From assembly GCA_029717555.1 (NCBI GenBank), contig JAMDHS010000112.1:1-62341 (forward strand): DNA of 62,341 nucleotides, read 5' to 3'. Every line of letters starts with the position of its first letter. Position 1 is the first letter of the stretch. This stretch comes from Peribolospora baueri. Lineage: Eukaryota. Position numbers and translations under genes: made by a program. The notes below the pieces were generated by a model. That model was not told the DNA's origin, did not search any database, and saw only the letters and a list, made by a program, of their open reading frames with translations. Positions 13,874 through 27,705 of the stretch are shown in pieces.

Positions 13874-15269
13874 ATGCCCGTCGCCCAGTTGCCCGCCGCC
13901 GACAGTCACTCCGCCGCCGTCCGACTCGCCTACATCGACAGCTGGAACCTGGACGACGGCGACCGCGGTCCTGTTCCCCGCGTCCAGGGCCGCGCTTATA
14001 CCACCATTATCGCCTTGCATGGCGCTGGCTTCGATCACGGTAAGCGGGGGCACATGCGAGTCGGCGGTGCGACATGACGTGACGTGCTGAGCCGTCCGTC
14101 CGCTTCCCGTCCCTTCCTCAGAGGCCTTCCGGCCGCTCGCCCGGGTCATGCCGCCGACGGTGCGCTTGCTCGTGCCAAACCAACGCAGCTACCCAGGTTC
14201 GTCTGCGGCTTACCTTGGCGACGGCGTGACCGACATGCCCGTCGACGACGCTTCCTCCAAGCCCGACCCCGACCTCGACGCCGACCCCGCTCCCGCACGA
14301 GCCGTACAGCCGCCACGCAAGGCCGAGGTGGCCAGGAGGTACGCCGAGGACGTGGCCGGCTTTGTCCGTTTTGTCGTCGACGAGCTCGGCGTACCGTCTC
14401 GTGCCGTCTCTGAGAGCGGCAGCGGGAGGGAGGGCGGCGTGGTCTTACTGGGTTGGTGAGCGTCGGTCCGATGACAAACAAACAAACAAACAAACAAACA
14501 GACTGACTGACGACGATGACCACCTGCCGAACGCGCGGACAGGTCAAAAGGCACGGTTCCGCTGCTATCCATCATGCTCTCCCTCCTCCCATCCCGTACC
14601 AAATCCAACCTCAATCCATCAGCCCACCTGGCGCCTCTCCCACCGACTCTCCAAACGACGCTCGAAAGCCACGTGCGGGCGATCCTCCTTTACGAGCCGC
14701 CTGGATCGGCTCTCGGCCGCGTGCCCACGCCGGACTATACGGCGGCGATGAATGGGCCAGGGTACGAAGAGTGGACGAAGGAGCGGTTTGCCAATGCGTT
14801 CCGGCAGTTTATCCTAGGCGTAGCCAAAGAAGAAGAAGTGGAAACGGAAAAATCAGGATCCGAATCCGGGGCGGAGACGATCCGTAGGTCATGGCACCCA
14901 GAGTGCGTCGCACACGCCTTCTCGTGGAACGTCGGCGTGACGCCAGACGAAGGGGCTGCGCTGTGCCACAAGGCGTTTACCGAGGACGTGCGTCTCGGCG
15001 ATCGGGAGGTGGGCGTGGGGTACCTGTACGGCACCGCGTCGCCCGAGTACGTCCTCGATGCGGTGCGCACCGTACGATCCTGGATCGTCGAGCAGAAGCA
15101 GGAGCACAGCGGGGACAAGAAGAGGAGGAGGAAACTCGCGTTCGTCGAGATGCCGGGATTAGACCACTTTGCGATGGCCAAGGACCCGCGCGGCTTTCTG
15201 CGCTTCGTCCTGCGCGCTTTGGCCGAGGCCGAGGCCGAGGAGGCGACGGTGGTGAGCGGCGGGGCATGA
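13874..15269 (+). CDS. Alpha/beta hydrolase fold protein
   Basis: LAYIDS, YTTIIALHGAGF, LLVPNQRSYPGSS, spliced nucleophile elbow VVLLGW|SKG, ILLYEPP, and C-terminal MPGLDHF. Confidence 0.8.
14474..14510. repeat. (CAAA)n then (GACT)n microsatellite inside an intron
   Basis: acaaacaaacaaacaaacaaacaaacagactgactgac seen directly. Confidence 0.9.
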
Positions 15270-15495
15270 GGGAGGAGGGAGGGAGGGAGGCGCCCTGCCG
15301 CTCGCTCGCTGTCTTGTGACGAACGTAGCTATCGATCGATCGAGACGGCTAAGCGCCGCCGTCGTCGTCGTCGTCGTGGCAAGCCGGTTGTGGGAGGGCT
15401 AGAAAGGGCTGCTCTGCGTGTTCTGTTATCGTGCATGGGACGACAACGAGTAGTATACAAAAAGGCGCGAACGAACGAACGAAGGGCGATGATAA

Positions 15496-17210
15496 TCACC
15501 TGCTAGGCCTCGAGAGATCGGCCCTGGAATCGGTCCTGGAAGAAGCGGAGGCGGAGGCAGAGGCGGAACCGGACGAAGGAGGCCTGCTAGCACCGCCAGG
15601 CATCTCCCTGCTCCTTGCCACCCTGTCCAACAAGCCGCTTGCGCTCCTGTGCGTCCCCTTCCTTCCTCCCGAGCCAGACCCTGTCGCCGGCGGAGACCCG
15701 GCACCGGCGCCGGTACGGCCGCTGCCTACCGTTCTCCCGACGTGCGGATGAGCCTGTGCTCCGCGAGCGTCGCCTCCCCGTTCTCCTCGAGGAGAGCTGC
15801 CGGGGACCGTCTCGGCGGGCGTGCCGCGCCTGTGAGCGTACACGTCCGGAACGCGCACGTCCGTAGCGTCGCCCTCCACGAGCCTCACGGTCGCATTGTC
15901 GGCGATGGCGAGCGGGGCGTCCTGGCGGATGCCAGATGGGACGGCGGGTACGGAGTCGATGCCTCCCCAGTAGGAGGCGCCTGGGATGAGCAGCCGGTCC
16001 ATGGTGGAGCGGAGGGCGGAAGGGGGAGGGAGGGCGGTGCCGGACTTGGTGATCGCGGAGCGAGGTCGTTCTGCGAGCAGGTGGGCTAGAGAGCGGGAAA
16101 GCGTACGGGCTGGGCAGGAGGGACGAGTGGATGACATGGTGAGCACACACACGGAAGGAGGCGAGGAAAAGACCGTTCGACTCGGTCACTCACCCAGGCT
16201 TTTCTCCGCTTCCCCAGGCGCAAGCGACCCTCGTCCCTCGCGCAGTCTCCAAGTCTGCCACTCCTGCAGGGCGCGAAGAACGGCGGCGTTGTCGGCCAAC
16301 CGGGCGGTCGTCCGTTCTTCTCGATCGAGGTCGCGCAGGCCCGAGGTTAGGAGGGCGGGGTCGAGTCCGGCGGATTCGAGTCCGGCGGATTCGAGTCCGG
16401 CGGATTCGAGTCCGGCGAGGTCGAGAGCGTCGGGGGTAGAGTCGACGGCTGCGGCCGGAGACGGGGAAGAGGGCGGTCGGAGGTGATAGGATTCGAGGCC
16501 GGCGAGCGAGGACGGAGCGGTGGTCATCGTCTCTTCCGTGCTTCCTCGGGACGCCCTCCTGTTGAGCGGAGCGACGACGACTTCGTCGTCGTCGTCGTCA
16601 TCGCCCTCTCCAAGAGTTCCCCTAGGCCTCCCCCACGACTCATCCAACACCTTCCTCCTCTTCTCCTCCCTCTGCTCCATCTCCAAACTCTGCTCCAGAC
16701 CAAGGGTTGCCTGGGCAGAGTCGTAGGTCGGGGCAAAGCTGGCATAAGGCGAGTAGTAGAGGTGACGGACGGAGGCAATGTTGGGCTCGACGCCCTGCCA
16801 GCCGGAGTGGCGGGGCCGCTTGAGGGAGGTGTGGCGGTGGACGCGCGAGCCAAGGTGGGGCGGGGGCATGGAGGCAGAGAGGGAGGCGAGGGCGGAGGGG
16901 GCTACGGAGATGACGTCGGCGAGGCCTGGGGAGGTAAAGGTAAGATGACGGAGTCAATGGTGAGTCAGAAGGGAGGCGGACGGCGGCCGTGGTCAGGGAA
17001 CGGGCGAGCGCAGACACTACACTCACCGGTGTCCAAGTGGACGACATCGCGATCATGGAGGTCGACGGCGCTGGTAAAAAAGTCACCGGCGGGCAGCTTG
17101 ATGTGCAGCGCGTACTTGGCCGGGCTCGCGGGGGAAGCGGACGTCGAGGCGGAGGTAGAGTCGAAGAGAGGGCCGTCGTGCCGCTCTTCCTCCTTGACGG
17201 TGGTCACCAT
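15496..17210 (-). CDS. Conserved hypothetical protein with a BRD7/BRD9 DUF3512-like motif and no visible bromodomain (3 exons)
   Basis: Exon 1 KYALHIKLPAGDFFTSAV (to 17027) splices in frame to exon 2 (from 16925) containing HLYYSPYASFAPTYDSAQATLG and LADNAAVLRALQEWQTWR; exon 3 ARTLSRSLAHLL..RPR. Confidence 0.65.
16361..16405. repeat. 15-bp coding tandem repeat (about 3 copies, LESAG on the minus strand)
   Basis: tcgagtccggcggat repeated head to tail. Confidence 0.9.
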
Positions 17211-20200
17211 CTTGTCGTGCCGTCCGAATGGAAGAATGGACGCGGTCGGTGTCCGAGGTGGGTGTGGAGGCGACGATGGAAGGACGACGTGCCGCAGTCA
17301 CGTGCGCGGCGGTCGTGACGAAGGAGACCGAGGACGCCGGCGGGCTCGGACGGCGATGATGGCGATGATGGCGATGGACGTGCGTTGGACGGCGTGGTTG
17401 TATGGCGACGGAGCCATCTCGGACTGGATTGATCACATCATGCGGTCCGTCGGTCGATCTCATCGTCCGTACGGTCTCCTTCGACGACGACGAGGATGAC
17501 TGTGAGTCGTAGGAAGGCGAGTGCGACGTTGGCGATCTATTTTGCATATCTCGATGCATTCGAGGGTGCATAGGACGTGCGCAGGCGGCCATCGTGTCGT
17601 GTCGGTCGTCGGTCGCTGTACGTACGTACGTACAGTACGTGCAGGATGTACATATGTGCGCACCTCCTTTTCCTGTGATGCGGTCGCGGGGGGCGAGCGG
17701 GGTTCGGGAGATTAACGTACATGTATGTATGTATGCGCAGGACGGGTTGACTATGTTAGTTTAGTTAAGGACAGGAACGTGGCTCCTGTGAGTAGAGAGC
17801 GCACAGGGAGCGCTGTGTGTCTGTGCGTGTCTGTCCTCCCGTCTTTCCGTCTGTCTGTCACCAGGACGGGCGTGGGCATACGCTGCGCTGCGCAGCGGAA
17901 AAAGGGGAGGCGATGAGATGAGATTGCCGACGGATGTGGTCACTTGATTCGAGCGGGGCGCGAAGAAGCAAAAGAAAGGATAAGGAACGGAAAGACGAGG
18001 CGGAGGCGGGAAAAGGAAGGAGGGGAGGGGGACGGCGGGGCTGCGGAGTTAAGGAGCAGGACCCGCTTCGACGGAGGCTGGCTGGCTGGCTGCTCGCCGG
18101 CTGGATGAACGGTTCCTACAGACAAGTGCCGCGCTTCCGGACGGGAGACGGCGGCGGCGGCGGCGGCGCCCAGCTCTTTGGCCCGCCGCGGTCTGCGACC
18201 AGTTACGGTCAGCAGCGTGAGTTGCGATCACGTGATGCAGCGAAAGAGAGGTTCGTTTGCTATGTGCTGTGTGTGTGCCGTCGGGTAGTAAGCAAGCGGG
18301 CGGGCGACGTCGTGGTGTATGTGCGTCGGGCGTAGTCCTGCAGTACTCGTCCGCTTTGCAGTGCCGTGGGGGTCCTCCGGTTCCTGGGCTGTTTGCTGCT
18401 TAATTCACTTCATCCATCTGTCCATCCATCCATCCGTCCATCCCTCAGCGGTGCATGGGGGTGAGCGGCGAGAAGATGAGCGTGAGGACAGAAGAATGGG
18501 AATGACGAGGGAACGGGAATGACGAGGGCGATCGATGTGCGAGCGATCCAACGTTCTTTTTCATCATCATCATCATCATCTCATCATCATCAATCCACCC
18601 ACGTCGTCCCACCCTCCTTCCCTCCCTCGCTCACTTACGTTGATCCTCATCCGACGCAGCCCGCGACGGCCCCGGCGGGGGTTCAATTGGCGAGCGAGCG
18701 GGGCGTGGCGTCAGAAGAGGGGACGGGATGGATGGATCCGGCGAGTGAGTGGGTTATGTATGGAACTGCATTGCGGTCGGGGCCTAGTCCTTAAACGGGG
18801 ATACTTGCTTACGTACTGTATTGTATTGTATTGTACTGAACCCCGCGCCAAGCTAGTTCGCTAGCTAGCTACTGTAGCTAGCTAGTCGCGCTTACGGTCG
18901 AGTATTGGTATTGTCTGGCTAGTATTGTAACGTAGTCCTTCTATTACGGCCGCTACCCTTCCCTTGCCGAGCGAGCCCAGCCAGTAGTAGCCAGTAGCCC
19001 ACGCCAGCGTCCGTCCGTCCGTCCGTCCGTCCTTACCTCCGCCCATCCGGCCGTCCCACTCCAGCGCCTGGGAGAGGGAGGGGATCCAAGGAAGGCCTAG
19101 ACCGCCTCGCTTGGCTGTCTGCCAGTCCAGTCCATCCGTCGTCGGTGTGTGAGTGTGTGTGTCTGTCCTTCCTGGCGCGCCGCATGGCGTTCTCGGTCGG
19201 TCGGGCCGTCGGTCGTCGGCGTGTGTTCTTTGCCTTGCCTTGTCTGGCTAGTTAAGTCTGCATTCGCTGGTCTGGTCATCGGTCTGGTCTGGTTCGCTCG
19301 CTAGTCCGTCACTCACTCAGTCCGTCGTTTGTCCACACGCTCCTTTCCTCGCGTAGTCCACGAGTCTAGTCTGCCCGCTGCCAGCCATCAATCAGTCAGT
19401 CAGCAGCAGGCAGTCGGCCGCCGGTCGCGTATTCACGGCCAATCTTCACCTTCGCTCCATCCCATCCCAACCTCGCGACTTTCGACTCGCCCCCATTTCT
19501 CTACGCCCCTCATTTTCCTTCTTTTTCTTTTTCCTTTCTCTTCCTCGCTCCTCCCTCTTCCATCTCCGACCCCTCCTCCCGCCTCGCCGCGCCGCGAGCC
19601 CCCACCGGTCCCCGCGTGGAGCCAGCCCAGCCCATCCCAACCCAACCGACGAGCGAGCAAGCGAGGAAGCGAACGCAGCCCAGCCCACTCAACCGCTCAC
19701 TCGAGCCCACCCCGATCCCGGTGTAAGTGCAGTCCAAGTCCAAACCTCAACACTCATTCGCGCGCGCTACCTTTGCCTGCCTATCGCCGCCGCCGCGTCG
19801 CACAACCAACTAACCCAAGTCCGCGTCTGTCCACCCACCGACCAGGCCCAACCACCGTCTCCTCTTCTCCTCTCTCATCTCATCTCCTCCCCATCCTTTC
19901 CTCTTCACCACCATCCCCGCCGCCGCCGCCGCCGCCGCCGCCTCCTCCTCCCTCTCCACTACCACCCCCTTCCCCTCCGCCCTCCCTCGCCATCCATACC
20001 CCGCCCACCTCTTCCTCCCTCCCTACGCCCACAACCGCGCTCGTAGCCGAGCTAAACACCCCCCCGACCTTGCGTTAGCCCCCTCCGCCTACCCCGGTTC
20101 AGTCGCATCGTCTCGTCGCCTTCCCCTCCCTAGCGGCAGAAAGGACGGCAGAGATAACTGGGCGAGTCGTCTTTGAGAGTTTGCGTACACCGTGAGCGTC

Positions 20201-20744
20201 CTCCTTTTTCCCTTTTTCTTCTTTTTTTCATTTTTCCCCTCGCTCTTTCTCGTCATCATTCAGTCTTCCGTCCGTCGTCTCGACGCTGCTTCGTTCGACC
20301 CTTTTTTGCTCTCCCCCCTTTCATCCATCCTCTTCCTCCTTGCCCCCTTCCTCCTTCCTTCTCTCGCCCCTCGAATTTACTCTCGCCTCCCTTCGGCCCC
20401 GTCGCGCATGAACGGCCAACCGCAGGCCTCTATTTACTCCTTCCTCCGTCTTCTCTTCCCCCTTCTCTTCTCTTCCGCCCCTCGGCCGTCCTGATCGGAT
20501 CACTCACATCCGCTCACATCCATCCAACTCACTCACTCTTCTTCTCGCCCTACGTCCACTCCTTTCCACTCCTCCTTCACATCACATCCTCCTCTTCTCC
20601 CTCAACATCCACCCTCTTTTCCTCATTCTCTCCGCCCGACCCCCACCGCCGTGCCCTCTCTCCGCAGCCTCCACGCCTGGCCACATATCCCCCCTACGCC
20701 GCCGCCTTTGCTGCTCCTCCCAATCCTTCCCCACCGCCTCGGCG

Positions 20745-23027
20745 ATGCTCGAAGCGCCCACACAAGGCGTCAACGGCACACAGCCTCCCCCGGCCTCCGC
20801 GCCCCCCGTCTCCAGCATGCTCCCAGTCCAACCCCCCCAACAGCAGGCCTACACCAACTTCTTTCCCCCCTATGTCGTGACCAGCTCCCCCATGGGCCTC
20901 CCCCCCTCCTCCGCCCCCTCCGCTGGTCCTTCCCCCGCCGTCGCCACCAGCCCTCACACCGCCACCTATCCCCCCATCTCCTATCCCGGCAGTCCCGGCT
21001 ATCCTCCTGCCTCCTACTCGTCCACCGCCAACCCACACTCCACCTATACTCCCTCATACCCCGCCCCTCAGCCTTACCCCCAGTTCGCCCCCGCCAGCAA
21101 CACCCAGGGCGCTCAGACTGCCGCTTCCATCGCCGGCCAGCACGCCACCAACTTCTCTCACCCCGGCTCTTCCGCCAACGCCGCCCACGGCCCCACCGGC
21201 TCCATGCAGCCTCCCTCCGGCTACCCGCCAGCATCCATGGCCAGCCCCGGTGCTCCCATGGGCGGCGGCATGATGACCTACGGCTCCATGTCCCCCGGCG
21301 CCATCGGCGCGCCCTACGGCGCGCCTGCCATGGCCCCACAGCCCACCCACATCGCCGCTCCCGGCTACGGCTCCTTGTCGCACCACTCGACGGCCGCAAT
21401 AAACCCGTACGGCTACTCGCATCATCCCCACCACCACCCTCACACCCACCATGCCCACCAACCCATGCACGGCCGACATCGCGTCACCACCACATTATGG
21501 GAGGACGAGGGCACGCTCTGCTTCCAGGTCGACGCCCGGGGCGTTTGCGTCGCGCGAAGGCACGGTTAGTGTGCCCCGCCGTTTTGGCCGGCCCACCCGT
21601 CTTCTCACTCGCCTTGCCTTTGCCTTCACCCTGCAGACAACAACATGATCAACGGCACCAAGCTTCTCAACGTGTGCGGCATGTCCCGCGGCAAGCGCGA
21701 CGGCATCCTCAAAAACGAAAAAGAGCGCATCGTCGTCAAGGTCGGCGCGATGCATCTCAAGGGCGTCTGGTGCGTCGTTTGAGGTCCTCTCCGCCCGTTC
21801 GTCCGTCCACCCACGCGGCCGCGCGTGTATGCGTGCGAGCGTGAAAAAAAAACGACTTGTGTCAGCTAACCTGCGTTCTATAATGCGCGTGGCCCTTCCT
21901 CTTACCGCTCTCACAGGATCACGTTCGAACGTGGAAAACAGCTCGCCGAGCAGAACGGCATCGCCGAGATCCTCTACCCCCTCTTCGAAACCAACATTTC
22001 TTCCTTCCTCTACCACCCCGACAATTACCCGCGCACCGCCGCCGTCATGGCCGCCGCTCAGGAGCGCCACCAGTCCCGACAGCGCACCGCCAACGGCAGC
22101 CCCGGCGCCGCCGCTAGTACGTCGACCGCCCCCGGCGCCGCTCCCATCGGCAGCATGGCTGCTCCGCCCCCTTTGATCCGTGCCAACACCACCCCCCTCG
22201 GCTCCGGTAGCTCCGGGTACAGGGTCGGCGAGGTCTCCGGCGCTGGCAGCTTTGCCTCCGGACTCACTCACCTTCCCTGGCAAAACCACGGCGTGAGCTC
22301 CGCTGGCGACCTCTCCTCCTCCGTCACCCAGCCCGGCGCTCCTGCTTCTCTCACTGCCCACGTTTCCCTGCCCGAACCCCACTCGGCCTCGTACGCCCAC
22401 CAGCCGTCCTCCATGCACTCCGGCATCCTTCCAGGCCTCACCGGACCCCTTCCGCCCCCGCCGCAACAGCAGCAGCCTCAGCCTTCGACTTTGCGCCCCC
22501 TCCCCCCCGACCGTCGGCACTCTATGCCAGTCACGCTCAGCCAGATCCAGAACCACGACGCGGGCAACGGATATACGGACCCGCGACCCACGGCCGGCGT
22601 CAAACGCGCCTTCGAGGACGACGACGCGGGCAACAAGGACCCGTATGCGGCGACCTACGACCCGGCGCAGAGCGCTTACCATCACCACTCGGCCAACGAC
22701 GGAACGACCAATGGTGTGTCCGTGTCGTCCATGACGGGCGCCAAGGCCATGGGTCCCAACGGACCGTCGCCCACGGCGGCATCCAAGCGAACCAAGTACG
22801 AACCCGATGCCCTCTCCGACGTCTCTGGCCCTCGTGACTCGCTCTCCAGGAATTGGGCCACTGGATCGGCGTTCGATACCGGCTCGTCGTCGTCGGTGGG
22901 CGCGGGACCAGTGTCGAAGCACGACTACCGGGACGACGCGTTCGTAACCGCGGCGGGCGCAGGCGCCGGTGGCGTCGCCCAGGGCGTTGGTCGTCCCAGG
23001 CCTGTCGGCGAGAGCCGCGCTCTGTGA
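20745..23027 (+). CDS. stuA: APSES transcription factor, StuA/Sok2/Efg1 type (3 exons)
   Basis: [97 protein letters not shown] after removing two GT-AG introns. Confidence 0.95.
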
Positions 23028-24370
23028 CTGGCCGGAAAAGGGGGGGTGGAGGGGGCCAGGCCGCGAACGGATGGTGGTGGCCTGACTGGGAGCGCTTACG
23101 ACCGGCGTTGGGATCGTTCCTTGTTTTCCGCCTCACCGCCGTTCCTCCATGGTCCTCGAGCTGGTAGCTCTCGTCCCCGTTCTCCTGCTCTCACCTCCCC
23201 CCACCGCCTCGGCCCGCCCGACCGTTCGTCCCTTTATGCCCATTTTTCGTCATGCCCTGTCCTCTCGCCTCCGTCGGCCAATCGTCCGACCTCGAACACT
23301 TCTCTCTTCCTTTTCGGTCTCAACCTTGCGTTCAGGGACCGTTCCCCTTTCGTCCAACTTTCTTCGGTCGGTTCTCCTCCCTTTTCCGCTATCCGCACCA
23401 TGCTTTGGGCTTAATTTCAGTTCCTCCTTCCGTCCCCAGCCTTCTTTTCTTCTTCCTTTCGTCTTTCGCCATACAGTATCTATTTCGAACCCCCCCCCCC
23501 CCTTCTTCCGTCGGCTCGCCTGTGCCTTCGCTTTCAAGCTCATCCAGCTTCTTTCCTCTTCGTCGCTTTGCGCTCCCTCGCACATCCCAGGGCGAGACGT
23601 CCGTCCAATCTCTTTGCGGGCGCGGCGCGGCGCGACCTTTTTTTTTTTTTTTTTTTTTTCGATCTACTACCCTCTTCTTGTTGGATCGTCACCGGGCGTT
23701 TGGTGTCTTCCTTTCCTCTGGTCTAGGTTTCGTTCGGCTCGATCCGAAAAAAAATGCCTCGCCTTTTGTCTTCCCCTGTCTTCTCCCGTCTCTTCTCCGT
23801 TCCATCTCGTGCTATGTCCTATCGTCCTCCTCTCCCCGCGCCATACCTTTCGTGCGTATTCTTCCTTTTGTCCGTAGGCTTCCCTGTCAGTCATTTTTCA
23901 CCGTCGTCTTTCTCTCCGTCTCTTCTTCGTGCGCCTTGCCTCTCTCTCTCCGGCCCCCACTCCTGTTGAAATACCATGAGACGTTGCACACTGGTCAGGT
24001 CCGGCAAGGCGTGCGAGGCCTAGACGTAGTCCCACCCTCGCCCAGCGAGAGGGGAGTGGAGAACGACGGCGGACGACTACGCGCGTGCCCGGATGTGCGC
24101 TGCCGGGCTCTTGCTCTCGGCTGCGGTAAACGGCAGCGGTAAGAACATTGTCGGGTTCATCGTTCCGCGGGCCGCGAAGGCGAGAGCTCTCCAGGCAGGA
24201 AGGAACACGAGCCGAGGCAGGCTACTTGTATTTGTCGTTTCGTTCGTTCGTTCGTCGTTCGCCCGCCGTCGTGTCGTCCTCCTCCTCCTTCTCGCCTCTT
24301 CCCCACTACCTCTTCCTCTTCACCACCTTCTCTTCACCACCTCGCACCCATCCAATCCCCTTTATTCACC

Positions 24371-25784
24371 ATGGCCCCCACAGCTACAAACCCCGTAAAA
24401 GGCACGCGCGACCACGAAGGCATCGAAAACTATACCAAGTTTTGGCAGAGGGACGCCAAAGACGATTCGGAGGTGGATAAGGAGAATCGGTTGGATCAGT
24501 ATACTGCTGTTATTAATGGTGTGTTGCGTTGCGTTGTGTTGCGTTACGTTGGATGGGGAGGTGTAGAGAGGGAGATTGGAAGGGAAATGCGTTTGCGTGG
24601 CGCTTGCTGACCTCGTCTACCGGCTTTTCAACACGCCGTCCGTCGCTCTTAGGCTATTATGATGGCGCGACTGCCTTCTACGGTGAGTTGTTGTGCAGTC
24701 TCTTCTGAAGCCTACCCCCGCCAGTTTCCTGACCGGCCCGCCTTGTTTTGTTTGTTTGTTAAGAGTACGGCTGGGGCCAGAACTTCCACTTCGCCCGCTA
24801 CTACCCCGGCGAGGCCTTCTTCCAGGCCATCGCCCGGCACGAGCACTACCTCTCCGCTTCGATGGGCCTCAAGCCGGGCATGCGCGTCCTCGACGTCGGA
24901 TGCGGCGTCGGAGGTCCCGCCCGCGAGATTGCCCGCTTCTCCGACGTGCACATCACCGGCCTGAACAACAATGCGTACCAGGTCGCAAAAGCCCAGGCGT
25001 ACACTGAAAAGGCCGGCCTGGCGGGACAGGTCAACTTTGTCAAAGGCGACTTTATGAAGCTCGACGAGCAGTTTGGCGAGAACACGTTCGACGCCGTTTA
25101 CGCTATCGAAGCTACCGTTCACGCTCCCAACTTTGAGGGCATTTACGGCCAGATCAAAAAGGTCCTCAAGCCCGGTGGAGTGGTGAGTGAGAACGGCGGC
25201 TCGTCCAGCGTTGTTCGCGACGCTTGCTCACGTCCTCCACCTTGACACCTCTGCCCCAGTTCGGCGTGTATGAGTGGTGCATGACCGACGCCTGGGACCC
25301 TTCGAACCCGGACCACAAGAGAATCGCACACGGCATCGAAGTCGGCGACGGCATTCCTGAGATGCGTAACATTGCCAACGCCCGCAACGCCCTCAAGGAG
25401 GTCGGCTTTGAGGTCGTCCACGAGGAGGATCTCGCGGACCGACCGGACAAGATCCCGTGGTACTACCCTCTCGAAGGCGACGTTCGCAAGGCCCAGACGA
25501 TGTGGGACTTGGTCATGGTGTGGAGGTGAGCCCTTCCGTCTCTCGTTTTCACCACCCTCCGCCTTCTCATCCGATTTACCTTTTCGTCTCGGTTCAGGAT
25601 GACCGCTTTTGGCAAGTTTATCACCCAGAACGCCGTCTGGGGTCTCGAGAAAGCGCGCTTGATCCCCAAGGGCTCTTATGACGTTGGCGAGGCGCTCAAG
25701 ACGGCCGCTGACGCGCTCGTCGAAGGCGGCCGGACAAAGCTCTTTACGCCCATGATGCTCTTCATCTGCAAGAAGCCCGAATGA
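24371..25784 (+). CDS. ERG6: Sterol 24-C-methyltransferase
   Basis: [98 protein letters not shown]. Confidence 0.97.
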
Positions 25785-26192
25785 GCGCCCGTACGGCGCG
25801 CTCGTCTCGACCACTTTCCTTTTGGTTCCAACCTTTCCTTTGATCGCAAGCGTGATCTCCGATGGACGTCCGTTCTCTTCGCCCTCCGTCATCCTCCCCC
25901 ACGATGTGGCAGTGCAGTTACGGCCGGCAGATACCCGACGGACGCTCGTTCTTGTCCCCGCTTCTTTCCAATCCGCCATGTACATACCCACCTAGACCAT
26001 CCCTATTTCTTCCAAGGCCCCCCGTGGACGGCCGCCACGCTCCTTCTATTCTGTTTGCTTTCAATACGGTATCAGACAATCTATCCCCGTTTCAATGTCC
26101 CCGGGCACGACGTCCGTGACGCATCTTCTCTTCTGCGGACGCTTGGCGCGTCACATGCGTCATCCCTTCGGCCGCCATATATATCATTATCA

Positions 26193-27705
26193 TCACCACT
26201 CGCGAATCGCCCCATCCGGACCCCTCCAAACCGGGTTGCGCCAGGAAAAGTCGGCGTGCTCGTCAGCGCTCTTGCGGACGAGGGCCTCGTCAATGTCGAC
26301 GCCGAGGCCTGGGCCGGTGAGGAGGTCGATCATGCCGTCTTTTACTTTGAATACCTCCGGGTTGGTGATGTATGTCAGCAGGTCGTAGTCGCCTTTGTTG
26401 TAATGCATCTGGCAAAAAGCGGGCCGCAGAGAGTTCCGGGGAGTGAGCGACAAGCGGGCTGCGGAGAAGAAGGGCAGCCGAACCGCCCACCTTCCACGAC
26501 ATCTCAGCGATCAAAAAGTTGGGCGTAGAAAAAGCAATCTGGAGCGAAGCGGCAAAGGCGAGTGGGCCGAGTGGGCAATGAGGCGCGAGGCCGACGTCGT
26601 ACGCTTCGGCCATGTTGGCGATCCTTCGCGTCTCGGAGATGCCGCCGGCGTGGGCAATGTCTGGCTGGATGATGTCGATGCAGCCGGATTGCAAGTAGGG
26701 GCGGACGTCCTGTCTGGTGAAGAGCCTCTCGCCGAGGGCGATGGGGATCGTCGTCTGTTGGTAGATCTTCTCCAGCTCTTCGTGATGGCCTGGCAACAGC
26801 GGCTCTTCGATGAACAGCGGCCGGTGCGGTTCGAGGGCGCGAGCGAGCTGCTTGGCCAACGTCTTGTGCACGCGCCCGTGAAAGTCTAGGCCGACGTCCA
26901 TGCCGATCGACTTTACTTCTTCCACACGCTTCACCGTCGCATCCAGAGCGTGAGGCGAGTCGAGCCAATCGAGCGACTCGACCGCGTTCATCTTGACGGC
27001 GGTGAAACCCTGCTGCTTGCGGACCTTGGCCTGCTCGAGCACGTCCGACGGCCTGTCGCCGCCGACCCAGCCGTAGACACGAGCGCGCTCGCGGACCATG
27101 CCCCCTAGCAGCTGCCATACGGGAACGCCGAGCGTCTTGCCTTTGATGTCCCAGAGGGCAATGTCCAGTCTGCGGTCGGTCGAGCGATGCAAGGGAGGCA
27201 GCGGGAGGAGAATATATGTGTGTGTGAGCACGATGGAACGCTGTCGCGATAATCGATGATCGATCATCACTCATGCTCACAAGACGCTCACCCAGAGATG
27301 GCGCTCATGAGTACCTCTCCGCCGCGGTAGAAGCGATGGCGGTAGGCGGTTTGATAGATGTCTGTGGGCACGTTTGGCCAAGGATCATTGAGCTCGAGCG
27401 ACGACGCCGGCCTTGGACTGGACTGGACTGGACTACGCCCGCTCGCGCGCGCACCCACCTTCGATGTTCGCCGGGTCCCACCCGACGAACCTCTCTCTGA
27501 GGTCAGCAAAGGAGCCTTCGACGGCCTCGGAGTGGCCCTCCAGCGTCGCCTCTCCCCAGCCGACGATGCCCTTCTCCGTCCCGACCCTGACAAAGAGCCA
27601 TCGTGGACAGACGCGAAAGGTGTCTATCGACTTGATCCTGTCGCTGTCCGGTCGGAGGAGGCCCTTGTTATATGTGTCCGTCTGCTGTGCGTTGTTGTCG
27701 GGCAT
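26193..27705 (-). CDS. dgoD: D-galactonate dehydratase (enolase superfamily, mandelate racemase subgroup)
   Basis: PRWLFVRV..GWGEATLEGH, YRHRFYRGGEVLMSAISG, LDIALWDIKGK, VKMNA, LDFHGRVHK, FIEEPL, ALGERLF, QPDIAHAGGISE, APHCPLGP, C-terminal WRNPVWRGPDGAIREW. Confidence 0.93.

Noticed and set aside
19329..20078. 249-aa Pro/Ser-rich ORF upstream of the APSES gene
   Set aside because: Non-ATG start, low complexity and no domain; explained by a C/T-rich leader sequence.
21495..22922. Long antisense ORFs over APSES, HSP90, FDH and ERG6
   Set aside because: Expected shadows of GC3-rich coding sequence, with no independent motifs.
23149..24142. Phe/Ser/Leu-rich ORFs after the APSES stop
   Set aside because: Translation of a pyrimidine-rich 3' UTR with homopolymers; not protein-like.
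26193..27705. dgoD as a recent bacterial transfer
   Set aside because: It has spliceosomal introns and host-like composition, and DgoD-like genes are widespread in fungi.
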